Source: a bacterium (GTDB lineage Bacteria; Zhuqueibacterota; Zhuqueibacteria; Oceanimicrobiales; Oceanimicrobiaceae). Taken from it: a DNA stretch of 64,000 bases. Within the stretch, counting starts at the first letter, position 1. Each line of letters opens with the position of its first letter. The position numbers and the translations under genes were made by a program. Shown here piece after piece: positions 35,832-45,434 of this stretch. The notes beneath the pieces were generated by a model. That model was not told the DNA's origin and did no database searches. It was given only the letters and a program-made list of their open reading frames with translations. The stretch spans positions 1 through 64,000 of the forward strand of contig JBHHXT010000002.1 of NCBI GenBank assembly GCA_046757165.1. Direction: 5' to 3'.

Positions 35832-37556
35832 GTGGACAAAAACTTAAGAGAAAAGTACGAGCTCCAAGCCCTTTTTGATCTGAGCAAAGCGCTCAACTCC
35901 TCCCTCAATCTCAAAACCATTCTCGACACAATCTTACTGACGCCGATGGGCAAGTTGTTGATCGCCAGAGGTTTGGTTTTCATTGCCAGGGGTGAGCGTG
36001 CATTCATGATCGAGACGCTGAAGGGGCTTCCCAAATCAATCCTCGGCAAGGTCATTGAAATCGATGAGTTTCCACAGGGACCCTGCTCTGTCAAAGAGTT
36101 ACCTCCTACGCCCTGGCAGGCATTCTTGTTCAGGGAGGGCGTCGAGCTGGTTATTCCGATTTTGCACGATGGCAAGGAACTGGGGATGATTGGTTTCGGC
36201 AATAAAATCCTTGACAGCGGGTTCACCGATTCAGAGCTGGACTACCTGCACTCTTTGTCCAATATTGCTGCCACAGCCGTGCAGAACGGCATCATTTTTC
36301 AGGAGCTGCATGAGGCGAATCGAAAGCTCGAGAAGAAAGTGCAGGAGCTCAACACGCTGTCGGAAATCGTCAAGGAGCTGAATGCCACCCTTTCGACCCT
36401 GGAAAGCGAGAAGGTGGTCAACTTGCTGGCGTATTCGATCATGGGCGAGATGATGGTGAACCGCTGTCTGATCTTCCTCGCAGACGAAGACAGCATGACG
36501 TTGTTTTTGAACAAAGGCCTGTCCTCCAAGCAAGTGGATGGCCTCCTGAACGACGATGTGATCATGAAGGAGCTGCGCGATCTCGAGCAGCCGGTGCAGG
36601 TGTGTGAACATCCTGAACCCGCCATCAGCACCAGGTTCGGCGAGGTGGCACTGTCGGTGCTCATCCCGATGAGGATTGAGAACAAATCAAAAGGTGTCAT
36701 CGTGCTCGGCGACAAGATTACAAAGCAGCCATTTGTTAAAGATGACCTGGATTTTTTGTCCATTCTCGGAAGCTGGTCCATGATTTCCATCGAGACGGCG
36801 AGACTGATTGAACAAGAGATCGAGAAGCAAAAGCTCGAGGAGGAGCTCCGGATTGCGAGCCGCATGCAGCGACAGCTTTTGCCCGCAAGCTGTCCCAAAA
36901 TTGAGACCGTCCAGGTCGCTGCGGTCAATCACCCGTCGCGCCAGGTCGGCGGCGACTATTACGACTGCATCAAGCTGAGCGACAACGAATACCTGTTTTG
37001 CATTGCTGACGTGTCAGGAAAAGGCACGCCGGCCGCCCTATTGATGTCGAATTTACAGGCCAGCCTGCGAGCCATGGTCAGGAGTGGGCTGGTCTTGAGC
37101 GAAATCGTGCAGCGCATCAACGGCATCATTTATGATAACACGGCGCCGGATAAGTTCATCACGGCGTTTTTTGGGATTCTCAAAGTCATGGAGCGAAGGT
37201 TCACCTCGGTCAACGCCGGACACAACCCGCCCTATCTCTTTCACAAGGATGCCTCGTTCCAAACGCTCGAGCAAGGAGGCCTGATTCTGGGCATGATGCA
37301 CACTGTCGAGTATGAATTCGAAACGGTGCAATTGCACTCAGGCGATAGTTTGATCATGTTCACCGATGGCGTGTCAGAGGCAATGAACGCCGAAGGAGAG
37401 GAGTTTCACGAGCACCGTATCGAAAAGTGTGTGACAGAGAGTCTCCACGCTTCTGCTGATGAGATTCTCAGACATATCATCAATTCCGTGGCGGATTTTT
37501 CAGCAGGAGAACCCCAGGCCGATGACATAACGGTCCTGACGATCAAGATGATCTAG
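35832..37556 (+). CDS. GAF-GAF-PP2C (SpoIIE/RsbU-type) phosphatase
   Basis: Two GAF-like domains, then VGGDYYD, IADVSGKG, NAGH, FTDGVSE and DDIT. Confidence 0.92.
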   Translation: MDKNLREKYELQALFDLSKALNSSLNLKTILDTILLTPMGKLLIARGLVFIARGERAFMIETLKGLPKSILGKVIEIDEFPQGPCSVKELPPTPWQAFLFREGVELVIPILHDGKELGMIGFGNKILDSGFTDSELDYLHSLSNIAATAVQNGIIFQELHEANRKLEKKVQELNTLSEIVKELNATLSTLESEKVVNLLAYSIMGEMMVNRCLIFLADEDSMTLFLNKGLSSKQVDGLLNDDVIMKELRDLEQPVQVCEHPEPAISTRFGEVALSVLIPMRIENKSKGVIVLGDKITKQPFVKDDLDFLSILGSWSMISIETARLIEQEIEKQKLEEELRIASRMQRQLLPASCPKIETVQVAAVNHPSRQVGGDYYDCIKLSDNEYLFCIADVSGKGTPAALLMSNLQASLRAMVRSGLVLSEIVQRINGIIYDNTAPDKFITAFFGILKVMERRFTSVNAGHNPPYLFHKDASFQTLEQGGLILGMMHTVEYEFETVQLHSGDSLIMFTDGVSEAMNAEGEEFHEHRIEKCVTESLHASADEILRHIINSVADFSAGEPQADDITVLTIKMI

Positions 37557-37632
37557 ATTTGACGCAGAGAATCCCAGCCCTGCCACGCCCAGTCACCGCT
37601 GGATAGAGACGAAAAGGCACACCGCGATTCGA

Positions 37633-38934
37633 ATGAGTCTGTCGCTGGACAACCCTGAAAATCTCAAGAGAGATATATCTTCCTCCGGTCTCTCAGCTCT
37701 GGTTCTGAACGGGTTGATTGGCGCCGGCATTTTCGCGCTGCCATCGGCGGTGGCCAGTCGGACAGGAGAGTTCAGCCCCTTCATGTATATCATTTGCGGA
37801 TTGATGGTCCTGCCGGTGGTGCTCTCTTTTAGTGAAGCCGCGCGTTTTTTTGACGGAACGGGCGGCCCGGTGTTGTATGCCAAAACCGCCTTTGGGTCCA
37901 TAGTCGGGTTTCAAACCGGTTGGTTGCTCTACATCGGCCGCGTCACGGCCCTGGCTGCAAACTCAAACAAATTGGTCGACTATGCTGCTCTGCTCTGGCC
38001 CTGGCTTGGCGAGGGGGTCGGCCGCACCTTGACCATCGTTGCCATTTTTCTCTTGTTTGCGGCAGTCAATGTGGTTGGCGTCCGGCGCGGAGCTGAAGCG
38101 ACGAATCTGCTAACAATTCTGAAATTGACACCTTTGTTATTGTTTATTGGCTTCGGAATTTCTTATATTAGACCGGCACAACTGGTGGCTTTTTCGCCGC
38201 CCTCTTATGACAGCGTTGCGGACACCATGTTGTTGGTGGTGTATGCGTTTGTTGGATTCGAGGGCGCGGTGGTGCCAGCCGGAGAGGCCCGGGCGCCAAA
38301 GAACGACATGCCCAGGGCACTGCTGGTCACACTCGGTTTTACGACATGTCTGTACGTGCTGGTTCAGACGGTGTGTGTTGCTGTGTTGCCTGGATTGGCG
38401 GAAACGAAAACCCCGTTGGCTGACGTCGCGAGAGTCATGACTGGCCAGGCCGGCACCTGGATTATGACTTGCGCCGCGATTGCTTCCATCGCGGGCAATC
38501 TCTCTGCCATTGTTCTGACAGCTCCCCGAATGACTTATGCGATGGCTCAGGACAACGCCTTGCCGGCGTGGTTCGGCAGCACGCACAAACGATACAAAAC
38601 GCCAGCCGGGTCCATTCTTTTCCTGGCAGCACTGGGACTTGCCCTGGCTGTTTCTGGAACGTTCGTGCTGCTGGCCATCATGAGCACGCTGACGCGGATG
38701 CTCGGGTACATGGTTTGCCTTGCCGCCGTCCCTGGAATCAAGAAGGCATTTTCTCGCGGTGGGGTCATTCGCCCTGGATGGCGGAGTTTCCTCATTCCCG
38801 GTTCAGGGTTTCTGCTCTGCCTGTGGCTGGCGGCATACGCAAATCTGTACGCGTGGTTAATGACCGGGGCGTTTGTCGGATTAGGATTTGTGCTCTACGC
38901 TACCTCACGCCGGGCCTCGGTGGGAGGTGCTTGA
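37633..38934 (+). CDS. APC-family amino acid permease
   Basis: IGAGIFALP and YAFVGFE; about 12 hydrophobic segments. Confidence 0.9.
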   Translation: MSLSLDNPENLKRDISSSGLSALVLNGLIGAGIFALPSAVASRTGEFSPFMYIICGLMVLPVVLSFSEAARFFDGTGGPVLYAKTAFGSIVGFQTGWLLYIGRVTALAANSNKLVDYAALLWPWLGEGVGRTLTIVAIFLLFAAVNVVGVRRGAEATNLLTILKLTPLLLFIGFGISYIRPAQLVAFSPPSYDSVADTMLLVVYAFVGFEGAVVPAGEARAPKNDMPRALLVTLGFTTCLYVLVQTVCVAVLPGLAETKTPLADVARVMTGQAGTWIMTCAAIASIAGNLSAIVLTAPRMTYAMAQDNALPAWFGSTHKRYKTPAGSILFLAALGLALAVSGTFVLLAIMSTLTRMLGYMVCLAAVPGIKKAFSRGGVIRPGWRSFLIPGSGFLLCLWLAAYANLYAWLMTGAFVGLGFVLYATSRRASVGGA

Positions 38935-38986
38935 GAAGCGTTTGGATAATGATGATTTCAGCGACACTTAGTTTTTTCTGGAGCAG

Positions 38987-40132
38987 ATGGCGAACATATT
39001 AGTCGTTGATGACGAAAAATCAATTACCTACTTACTGTCGGAGGTGCTCAGAAAGGACGGCCATTTCGTCAAGACACTCTCTGACGGCAAGCTAGTTGGT
39101 GAAGATCTCGAGAAACAGGATTACGATTTGGTGGTGTCAGACCTCCATATGAAGGAGGTGGGCGGAATCGAAGTGCTCAAGACCGTCAAGAAAAAGGATG
39201 AGAATACTGAGGTTCTGATCCTCACCGGCCATGGTACGATTTCTACGGCAGTCGAGGCCATGAAACTGAGCGCTTTCGAGTTTCTGACCAAGCCAATCGA
39301 CATGGAGGAGTTCCGCCTCAAGGTGCAAAAGGCGTTAGAGCGGCGCAGCTTCAAGCTCAAGATTGAGAAGCAGCAGAAAGAGATCCGAGAACAGCAGGAG
39401 ATGATTCGTAAAGACCTGCAGCTCGCGGAGCAAGTACAAAGAAGTCTGGTGCCTCGATCTCTGCGTCTGCCTCAAATCGACGTTAGCGTCAAGCACATGC
39501 CCATGATTGGGGTCGGAGGGGACTTCGCTGATATCTATTACGACGGCCTCGAGAACGTCTATCTCACGCTGATTGACGTCACGGGGCATGGGATTACCGC
39601 GGCCCTGTTGGTCAACCGCATTTGCAGCGAAATCCGCAACCTGGTGCGCGAACAACGCCGGCCGGCCTCCATACTCTATACCGTCAACAATTTTATTTTC
39701 GACGCTTTTGATGGCATGGCGATGTTCCTGACCATGTTCTGTGGGGTTCTGAATCTGCGGAAAAGGACATTTACCTATGCCGGTAGTGCTCATCCTGCGG
39801 TTATCCTCTGGCAAAACCATGCCCAAAAATTCACAAAGTTGGAATCTCAGAACATCATCATCGGTTATGAAAAGCGGGAAGAAAACCGATTTAAACAAGA
39901 CAGCATCAGAATCTATCCGAATGACAAGATCTTGATGTACACTGACGGCATTATTGAAGCCGAAGACGAGCGCGGCAAGCAGTTGGGGATCAATGGATTT
40001 CTCGATTTTTTTAGATCGAGCATCAACACCTCGACGGATGAAATCATCGAGCGCATCCTGGATGGGATTTATGATTTTAGCCCGAATCCGATCAAAGACG
40101 ATGTATACCTCATTCTTGCTGGCTTGAAGTGA
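38987..40132 (+). CDS. response regulator with PP2C phosphatase output (REC-SpoIIE)
   Basis: ILVVDDE, VSDLHM and LTKP, then VGGDF, IDVTGHG, YTDG and DD. Confidence 0.92.
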   Translation: MANILVVDDEKSITYLLSEVLRKDGHFVKTLSDGKLVGEDLEKQDYDLVVSDLHMKEVGGIEVLKTVKKKDENTEVLILTGHGTISTAVEAMKLSAFEFLTKPIDMEEFRLKVQKALERRSFKLKIEKQQKEIREQQEMIRKDLQLAEQVQRSLVPRSLRLPQIDVSVKHMPMIGVGGDFADIYYDGLENVYLTLIDVTGHGITAALLVNRICSEIRNLVREQRRPASILYTVNNFIFDAFDGMAMFLTMFCGVLNLRKRTFTYAGSAHPAVILWQNHAQKFTKLESQNIIIGYEKREENRFKQDSIRIYPNDKILMYTDGIIEAEDERGKQLGINGFLDFFRSSINTSTDEIIERILDGIYDFSPNPIKDDVYLILAGLK

Positions 40133-40147
40133 GGCACGTTTCGAGAC

Positions 40148-41047
40148 ATGGATGATAGAACACCGAACATAACCGCACCTCATGAGACAGTTGCACGGAG
40201 TCAGGGCCCGAGGTTTCTCAGTCGGCTGAGAAGTGACAACCCGAAGTTGAATGGTTACCTCTTCATCGCGACATGTGTGACCACTTTCTTAACTGGCTAT
40301 GCGGGTAAGGCGTCATGGCAGGATGGACTCTGGTATAGTGGCGGTATCATGTCAATTCTGATTGCTCACGAAATGGGCCATTACCTGATGTGCAGAAGAT
40401 ACAAAATCAAAGCGACGTTGCCCTATTTCCTCCCTTTTATTCCGGCGTTCAATCCGTTTGGCACGCTCGGCGCGGTCATCAAGATGGAATCGGTCATTCC
40501 AAACCGCAAAGCGCTCTTTGATGTTGCTGTGGCCGGGCCCCTGGCAGGTCTGGCCCTGACGATCCCGGCGCTTTATTTTGGCATTCAATTTTCAGAGGTT
40601 GTGGAGGTTTCAACCATCAACTCGTCGGGAGTGTGGTACCTCGGCGAATCCTTGTTGTATACAAAAATATCGGACTGGGCGGTAGGCGCATTGCCTGAGA
40701 ACAAAGACATCCTGCTTCATCCACTGGCGTTCGCCGGCTGGGCAGGGCTTTTTGTTACCGCCCTGAACCTGCTTCCGATCGGACAACTAGATGGCGGCCA
40801 CGTCATTTATGCGCTCGTCGGAAGAAACCATGGTTTTGTTGCCAAGGCCGCGCTGGTGGCTTTCGGCTATATTGCCATCTTCCAGTATCGAGGCTGGGCC
40901 TTGTTTCTCATTCTCCTGATCTGGTTCGGGCATCGCCATCCGCCCACTCTGGACGAGACCCCTGTCGACCGAAAAAGAAAAATCATCGGCGTTTTGACGA
41001 TGATTGTTTTCTTTCTTTCATTTACACCGGAACCTTTCAAGTTCTGA
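40148..41047 (+). CDS. site-2 protease (peptidase M50)
   Basis: HEMGH, AGPLAG and NLLPIGQLDGGH. Confidence 0.93.
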   Translation: MDDRTPNITAPHETVARSQGPRFLSRLRSDNPKLNGYLFIATCVTTFLTGYAGKASWQDGLWYSGGIMSILIAHEMGHYLMCRRYKIKATLPYFLPFIPAFNPFGTLGAVIKMESVIPNRKALFDVAVAGPLAGLALTIPALYFGIQFSEVVEVSTINSSGVWYLGESLLYTKISDWAVGALPENKDILLHPLAFAGWAGLFVTALNLLPIGQLDGGHVIYALVGRNHGFVAKAALVAFGYIAIFQYRGWALFLILLIWFGHRHPPTLDETPVDRKRKIIGVLTMIVFFLSFTPEPFKF

Positions 41048-41165
41048 GCATTATACTTAGTACTTAATATATTCCTGACAAGAGTGTTGGATATGTCTGC
41101 GGGGGTTCTTATATTCGCTAAACGTTGACCGCCCCTGCTTCTAGAGAGATTACCACTAGAGAGAG

Positions 41166-42158
41166 ATGACCATGAACTTCGAATTTCCGGATTCCGTTGA
41201 GCTCGCAAAGCTGCCGACACCGATCGATTTGCTAGAACGACTTTCCAACAGTTTGGAGGGTCCCAGGATTTATGTGAAGCGTGACGATGAAACCGGAATT
41301 GCAGTCACCGGCAACAAAGTCAGAAAACTCGAATTCTTGCTGGCTGAGGCACTCGCGCGGGGATGCGACACCGTGATTACGTGCGGTGGCTATCAATCCA
41401 ATCACGCCAGAACAACCGCCGTGGTGGCCGCGAGATTGGGTCTAAAATGCCACCTGGTGTTGAGAAATGGCCTGAGTGCATCCATGGACGGCAATCTTTT
41501 TATCGACCGGTTGGTAGGCGCAGAGATACAGTATGTGTCACCGGAAGAATACATGCGAATCGATGATGTGATGCAACAGGTCGCAAGAGATGTAAAGTCG
41601 AGTGGCAACAAATCTTACATCATCCCCGAAGGCGGGTCAAACGAAATCGGCGCGCTCGGATACTTGAAAGCCGCCAGGGAGATCGCCGAGCAATTGCGCG
41701 CGATGAAACTGAAGATACACCACATCATTGTGCCGCTCGGGTCGGGTGGGACACAAGCCGGGCTGCTGCTGGGCAAGTACTTGTTTGATTTGCCCGCACG
41801 GATACATGGTATCAATGTGTGTGATGACAAGGCCTACTTCGTCAGCAAAATACACAAACTGCTGCAACGGATAGAGCGGCGCTTTAATATGGATATTCAG
41901 ATTGGCAAGGAAGAGATTCGTGTTATCGATGGCTACGTCGGGAAAGGCTACGGCTTGAGCAGTCAGGAGGAGATCGATCTCATCAAGCAAATAGCCAAAA
42001 TGGAAGGGGTCATTTTGGATCCGGTGTACACGGGAAAAGCCATGTTTGGCTTGTTGGACCAGGTGAAGAAAGGGGGATTCACAGCGGACGAGAACATTTT
42101 GTTCATCCATACTGGCGGCATTTTCGGACTTTTTCCAAAGAGAACCTTGTTTTTTTAG
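41166..42158 (+). CDS. D-cysteine desulfhydrase family PLP enzyme
   Basis: KRDD, GNKVRKLE and QSNH. LDPVYTGK and HTGG are desulfhydrase-type rather than ACC-deaminase-type residues. Confidence 0.88.
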   Translation: MTMNFEFPDSVELAKLPTPIDLLERLSNSLEGPRIYVKRDDETGIAVTGNKVRKLEFLLAEALARGCDTVITCGGYQSNHARTTAVVAARLGLKCHLVLRNGLSASMDGNLFIDRLVGAEIQYVSPEEYMRIDDVMQQVARDVKSSGNKSYIIPEGGSNEIGALGYLKAAREIAEQLRAMKLKIHHIIVPLGSGGTQAGLLLGKYLFDLPARIHGINVCDDKAYFVSKIHKLLQRIERRFNMDIQIGKEEIRVIDGYVGKGYGLSSQEEIDLIKQIAKMEGVILDPVYTGKAMFGLLDQVKKGGFTADENILFIHTGGIFGLFPKRTLFF

Positions 42159-42222
42159 CCTGGATCATTCCTGACGCTCTTGGCCTAAACCTTGCGAACT
42201 CTGTGTCCAGTTCCGGCTTGGG

Positions 42223-42957
42223 CTAAATCAAGAGCCTCCCACCATCCACAGCGATCACCTCCCCCGTAATGTAGTCGCTTCCCTGGATCAGAAAAAGAAT
42301 CGTGCTGAGGACATCCCGGGGCGAGCCGATTCTTTTCAGCAGAGTCGCCTGCCGGATGGCCTCTTTGTCGGCCTGCGAGGCATTCTCTGCCATGAGGACC
42401 GTACCTGAGGCCACGGCGTTGACTTGAATCTGAGGCGCCAACGCCTTCGCCAGCCCCTTCGTTATCGCAATCAAACCGGCCTTGGTTGTGCAATAGGGAA
42501 TGAAATCTGGCCAGGGCAAGATTCCTGCAACGTCGGTGATGTTGATGATCTTGCCAGCGTTTTGCTCGAGCATGTGCCGCGCCGCCAACGTGGCACAGAA
42601 GTACGCCGCCTTCAGATTGACCGCGAACAACTCATCCCACTGCTCTTCGGTTGTGTCCAACACCGGTGTCTTGAAATAGAGGGCCGCATTGTTGATCAGA
42701 ACGTCGATTCGCTTGAATTCTTCATAACACGCCTCCAGAACACGTTCGATCTGATGAAAGTGTGAGAGGTCGCCCTGAATCAGAAACGCCTCCTGGCCGG
42801 CGGCGCGAATCCTGGCCAGGGTCTCATGCGCGCCATCTGCTGACTGGTTGTAATGGATGGCGACTTTGGCGCCCTTCTTTGCCAGCCCCAGTGAAATGGC
42901 CTGACCGACACGATGGGCACCCCCCGTGACCAGCACAACCTTCCCGCTAAGATCCAT
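42223..42957 (-). CDS. SDR oxidoreductase, pteridine reductase / FolM-like
   Basis: TGGAHRVG, INNAA, YCTTK and VDGG. Confidence 0.85.
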   Translation of the reverse strand: MDLSGKVVLVTGGAHRVGQAISLGLAKKGAKVAIHYNQSADGAHETLARIRAAGQEAFLIQGDLSHFHQIERVLEACYEEFKRIDVLINNAALYFKTPVLDTTEEQWDELFAVNLKAAYFCATLAARHMLEQNAGKIINITDVAGILPWPDFIPYCTTKAGLIAITKGLAKALAPQIQVNAVASGTVLMAENASQADKEAIRQATLLKRIGSPRDVLSTILFLIQGSDYITGEVIAVDGGRLLI

Positions 42958-42965
42958 TCACCGCC

Positions 42966-43283
42966 TCAAGTCAGCCCGTTTGTTTGCAAGGTGTCTCCGG
43001 CGGCGTATTCGATCTCCAGGACAGTGTTCTTCAGCCGGTTGGCCAGGTCCTTTCTATCATCGACCAGGATGTTGGTCACAACACGGTCGGCGAAGTTTCT
43101 TATCTCATCATGGCATTTTTTGATCAGCGCCATGACCTCGTCCCACTCCCCTTCAATGATGGTTCCCATAGAAGTCAACTGATAGTGCAGCTCACTTTTA
43201 TCGATGATTCCGGCAACCCTGGCCTGCAGCTCCTTTGTTTCCTCGCCTGTGCCGACAGGCGTTACGGAGACCTGAACAAGCAT
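42966..43283 (-). CDS. MTH1187/YqgV-family thiamine-binding protein
   Basis: SVTPVG, YQLTSMGTIIEGEWDEV and DDRKD. Confidence 0.88.
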   Translation of the reverse strand: MLVQVSVTPVGTGEETKELQARVAGIIDKSELHYQLTSMGTIIEGEWDEVMALIKKCHDEIRNFADRVVTNILVDDRKDLANRLKNTVLEIEYAAGDTLQTNGLT

Positions 43284-43337
43284 TTCAAAATCCTTATATA
43301 AGTTACTAAAATTAATACCATTTAGGCAACGAGCGAA

Positions 43338-43365
43338 AATATATGAAAAATTGTGAGAATGTCAA
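43338..43365 (-). promoter_or_regulatory. putative sigma70-type promoter (leftward)
   Basis: Minus strand TTGACA-16-TATATT. Confidence 0.55.
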
Positions 43366-43397
43366 GCCAAAAAATCGTCACGCCAGCAATTAAAATA

Positions 43398-43426
43398 TTG
43401 ACATTCCACGGACGAATTTATATATT
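43398..43426 (+). promoter_or_regulatory. putative sigma70-type promoter (rightward)
   Basis: TTGACA-17-TATATT. Confidence 0.65.
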
Positions 43427-43661
43427 GTTTTTTCGTCTACCTGTCGAAATTCCGGTTTGTCGTGATGGTGAGGAGGGGAAATGAATCCGAGACATCAGTT
43501 GCAGCGGCGAAGTCAACGACTCTTGTCAACGGAGGTGTCACCGCAGTCGTTCTGGCTGAATTCCGGCACCGGAACATAAGATCATTCAACATGAGACTCA
43601 GTGTGCGTGAAAGAGTTCGACTCTTTGTTCGATCAAAGGCAGCAACCTGGCTGGGCAGCGG

Positions 43662-44387
43662 GTGAGGAAGGATGCGATATACGACTACTGGCATGAATCA
43701 CGCGGATTTCCGCATAGCGTAGTTCTTGTAACACCGCTTTGGATTCTCTATGAAGTTACAGCCTTCCGCTTGAACCACGGCCTGGACGGAAGCCTGAGGA
43801 CCGGCGTCGATTACCTGATCCGAATATGCTGGAGTGAGTTGAGGCTACCGCTGGAGCTCTCCGTTTGTTTGCCTGCCAGTTTTCTTTTGCTCTTTTTTTC
43901 CAGGAAAACCAACAGAACAAAAATCGTAACCGTGAGGCCGGTGTTTTTTGCTGTGATGGTTCTGGAAAGTCTGTTTCACGCTGCTGTCTTTGGATGGGTT
44001 GTTGGGACTGCCATGAACCTGTTTTTGACGCAAACGTCAATTCATGTCAATTCATCCAACGTGGCAGCGCTGGTCATCAATCTGGGCTCCGGTGTATTTG
44101 AAGAGTTGGTCTTTCGGGTGCTCTTGCTGGTATCGGTGGTCTACTTGCTCAGGAGCATCACAAACAGAAGGACACTCATTTATGTCGTTGCGGTTGCTCT
44201 TAGTTCCGTGTTGTTTTCTCTGTTTCACTATCTGGAGATTTTCAAGGAAGTCTTCGAGTGGCGTTCCTTCTTTTTCCGTTGTCTGGCGGGCGCAGCATTT
44301 TCGATTCTGTTCATTTTGCGAGGCTATGGTATCACGGCCTACGTACATTCTTTTTATAATGTATTTCTCATGTTCAGGGCAAGTTGA
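43662..44387 (+). CDS. CPBP (Abi/CAAX) intramembrane glutamic endopeptidase
   Basis: FEELVFR, FSLFH and VHSFYN motifs; multiple TM segments. Confidence 0.85.
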   Translation: MRKDAIYDYWHESRGFPHSVVLVTPLWILYEVTAFRLNHGLDGSLRTGVDYLIRICWSELRLPLELSVCLPASFLLLFFSRKTNRTKIVTVRPVFFAVMVLESLFHAAVFGWVVGTAMNLFLTQTSIHVNSSNVAALVINLGSGVFEELVFRVLLLVSVVYLLRSITNRRTLIYVVAVALSSVLFSLFHYLEIFKEVFEWRSFFFRCLAGAAFSILFILRGYGITAYVHSFYNVFLMFRAS

Positions 44388-44396
44388 TCCCGAGCC

Positions 44397-45431
44397 ATGA
44401 CCGGACGAACTTCACGCATGCTCCTGCTCGGGGGCGTTTTGAGCATTCTACTTGTGCTTTTTGGATGGATTCTTTTTTCCCCGGTCGTCACGGGCGATGA
44501 GCAAACCAGGCATGCTGTCGAGATTCAGCGCGGGTTGTCATTCGATCGTATTATGCAATTACTCAGGATTGAAGACATCATCCAACACGATTTCAAGCCG
44601 CGGTTCGTCGCTCGCGTCCTCGGGCTACGTTCCAAACTGAAAGCCGGCAGGTACGAGCTCGAGGGGGGGCTTTCAAGTTATCGATTGCTGCGCAAATTGG
44701 TGGCGGGTGAGGTAACCAACATCACCGTCACGATTCCTGAAGGGTTGCAATCGCGTCAAATCGCTGCGCTGCTGGCAAAGGAGGTGGGGTTGGATTCTGC
44801 AAGTTTTGTGGCTCTCGTCAATGATGTGGAATTTACCAGCCAGCTCGGGGTCCAGGCCACGAGTTTGGAGGGGTTCTTGTTCCCGAACACGTATCGGTTG
44901 CCCTTCGGAATAACGCCGCAGCGCGTGATTCGTCTCCTGGTGCACGAATTTCACAGACAGTTTAACGATTCCCTGCGCTCCCGTGCGCTGCAAGGCAAGT
45001 ACTCTTTGCTGGAGCTTGTCACGCTGGCTTCCATTATTGAAGGCGAAGCAGTGATAGACTCCGAGCGCCCGATAATTTCCGCGGTCTATCGAAACAGGTT
45101 GAGGAGAGGCATGCGGCTTCAGGCCGACCCGACGATTCAGTACATTGTCAACGACGGCCCCCGGCGGTTGCTCAAGAAAGACCTGGCGATAGATTCACCG
45201 TACAACACGTACAAGTATTCAGGCTTGCCTCCCGGGCCTATCAACAACCCGGGGCTGGCTTCCCTGATGGCAAGCTTCAATCCAGCAAAGGTCGGGTACC
45301 TTTATTTTGTCGCCAACGGCGATGGTTCGCATACATTTTCTAAAACCCTGACAGAGCATCTGCGTGCCAAGGCCAAATTTGACCGTTATCGGCGTGATGT
45401 CAGCAGAGCGAAACGGGGCAAAAAGCGATAA
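44397..45431 (+). CDS. mltG: endolytic transglycosylase
   Basis: VTIPEG, LEGFLFPNTY, TLASIIEGE, LQADPT, SPYNTY and GLPPGPI. Confidence 0.95.
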   Translation: MTGRTSRMLLLGGVLSILLVLFGWILFSPVVTGDEQTRHAVEIQRGLSFDRIMQLLRIEDIIQHDFKPRFVARVLGLRSKLKAGRYELEGGLSSYRLLRKLVAGEVTNITVTIPEGLQSRQIAALLAKEVGLDSASFVALVNDVEFTSQLGVQATSLEGFLFPNTYRLPFGITPQRVIRLLVHEFHRQFNDSLRSRALQGKYSLLELVTLASIIEGEAVIDSERPIISAVYRNRLRRGMRLQADPTIQYIVNDGPRRLLKKDLAIDSPYNTYKYSGLPPGPINNPGLASLMASFNPAKVGYLYFVANGDGSHTFSKTLTEHLRAKAKFDRYRRDVSRAKRGKKR

Positions 45432-45434
45432 CTC

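Noticed and set aside
41166..42158. ACC deaminase call
   Set aside because: It has Thr in DPVYT and HTGG rather than the Glu and Leu diagnostic of true ACC deaminases.
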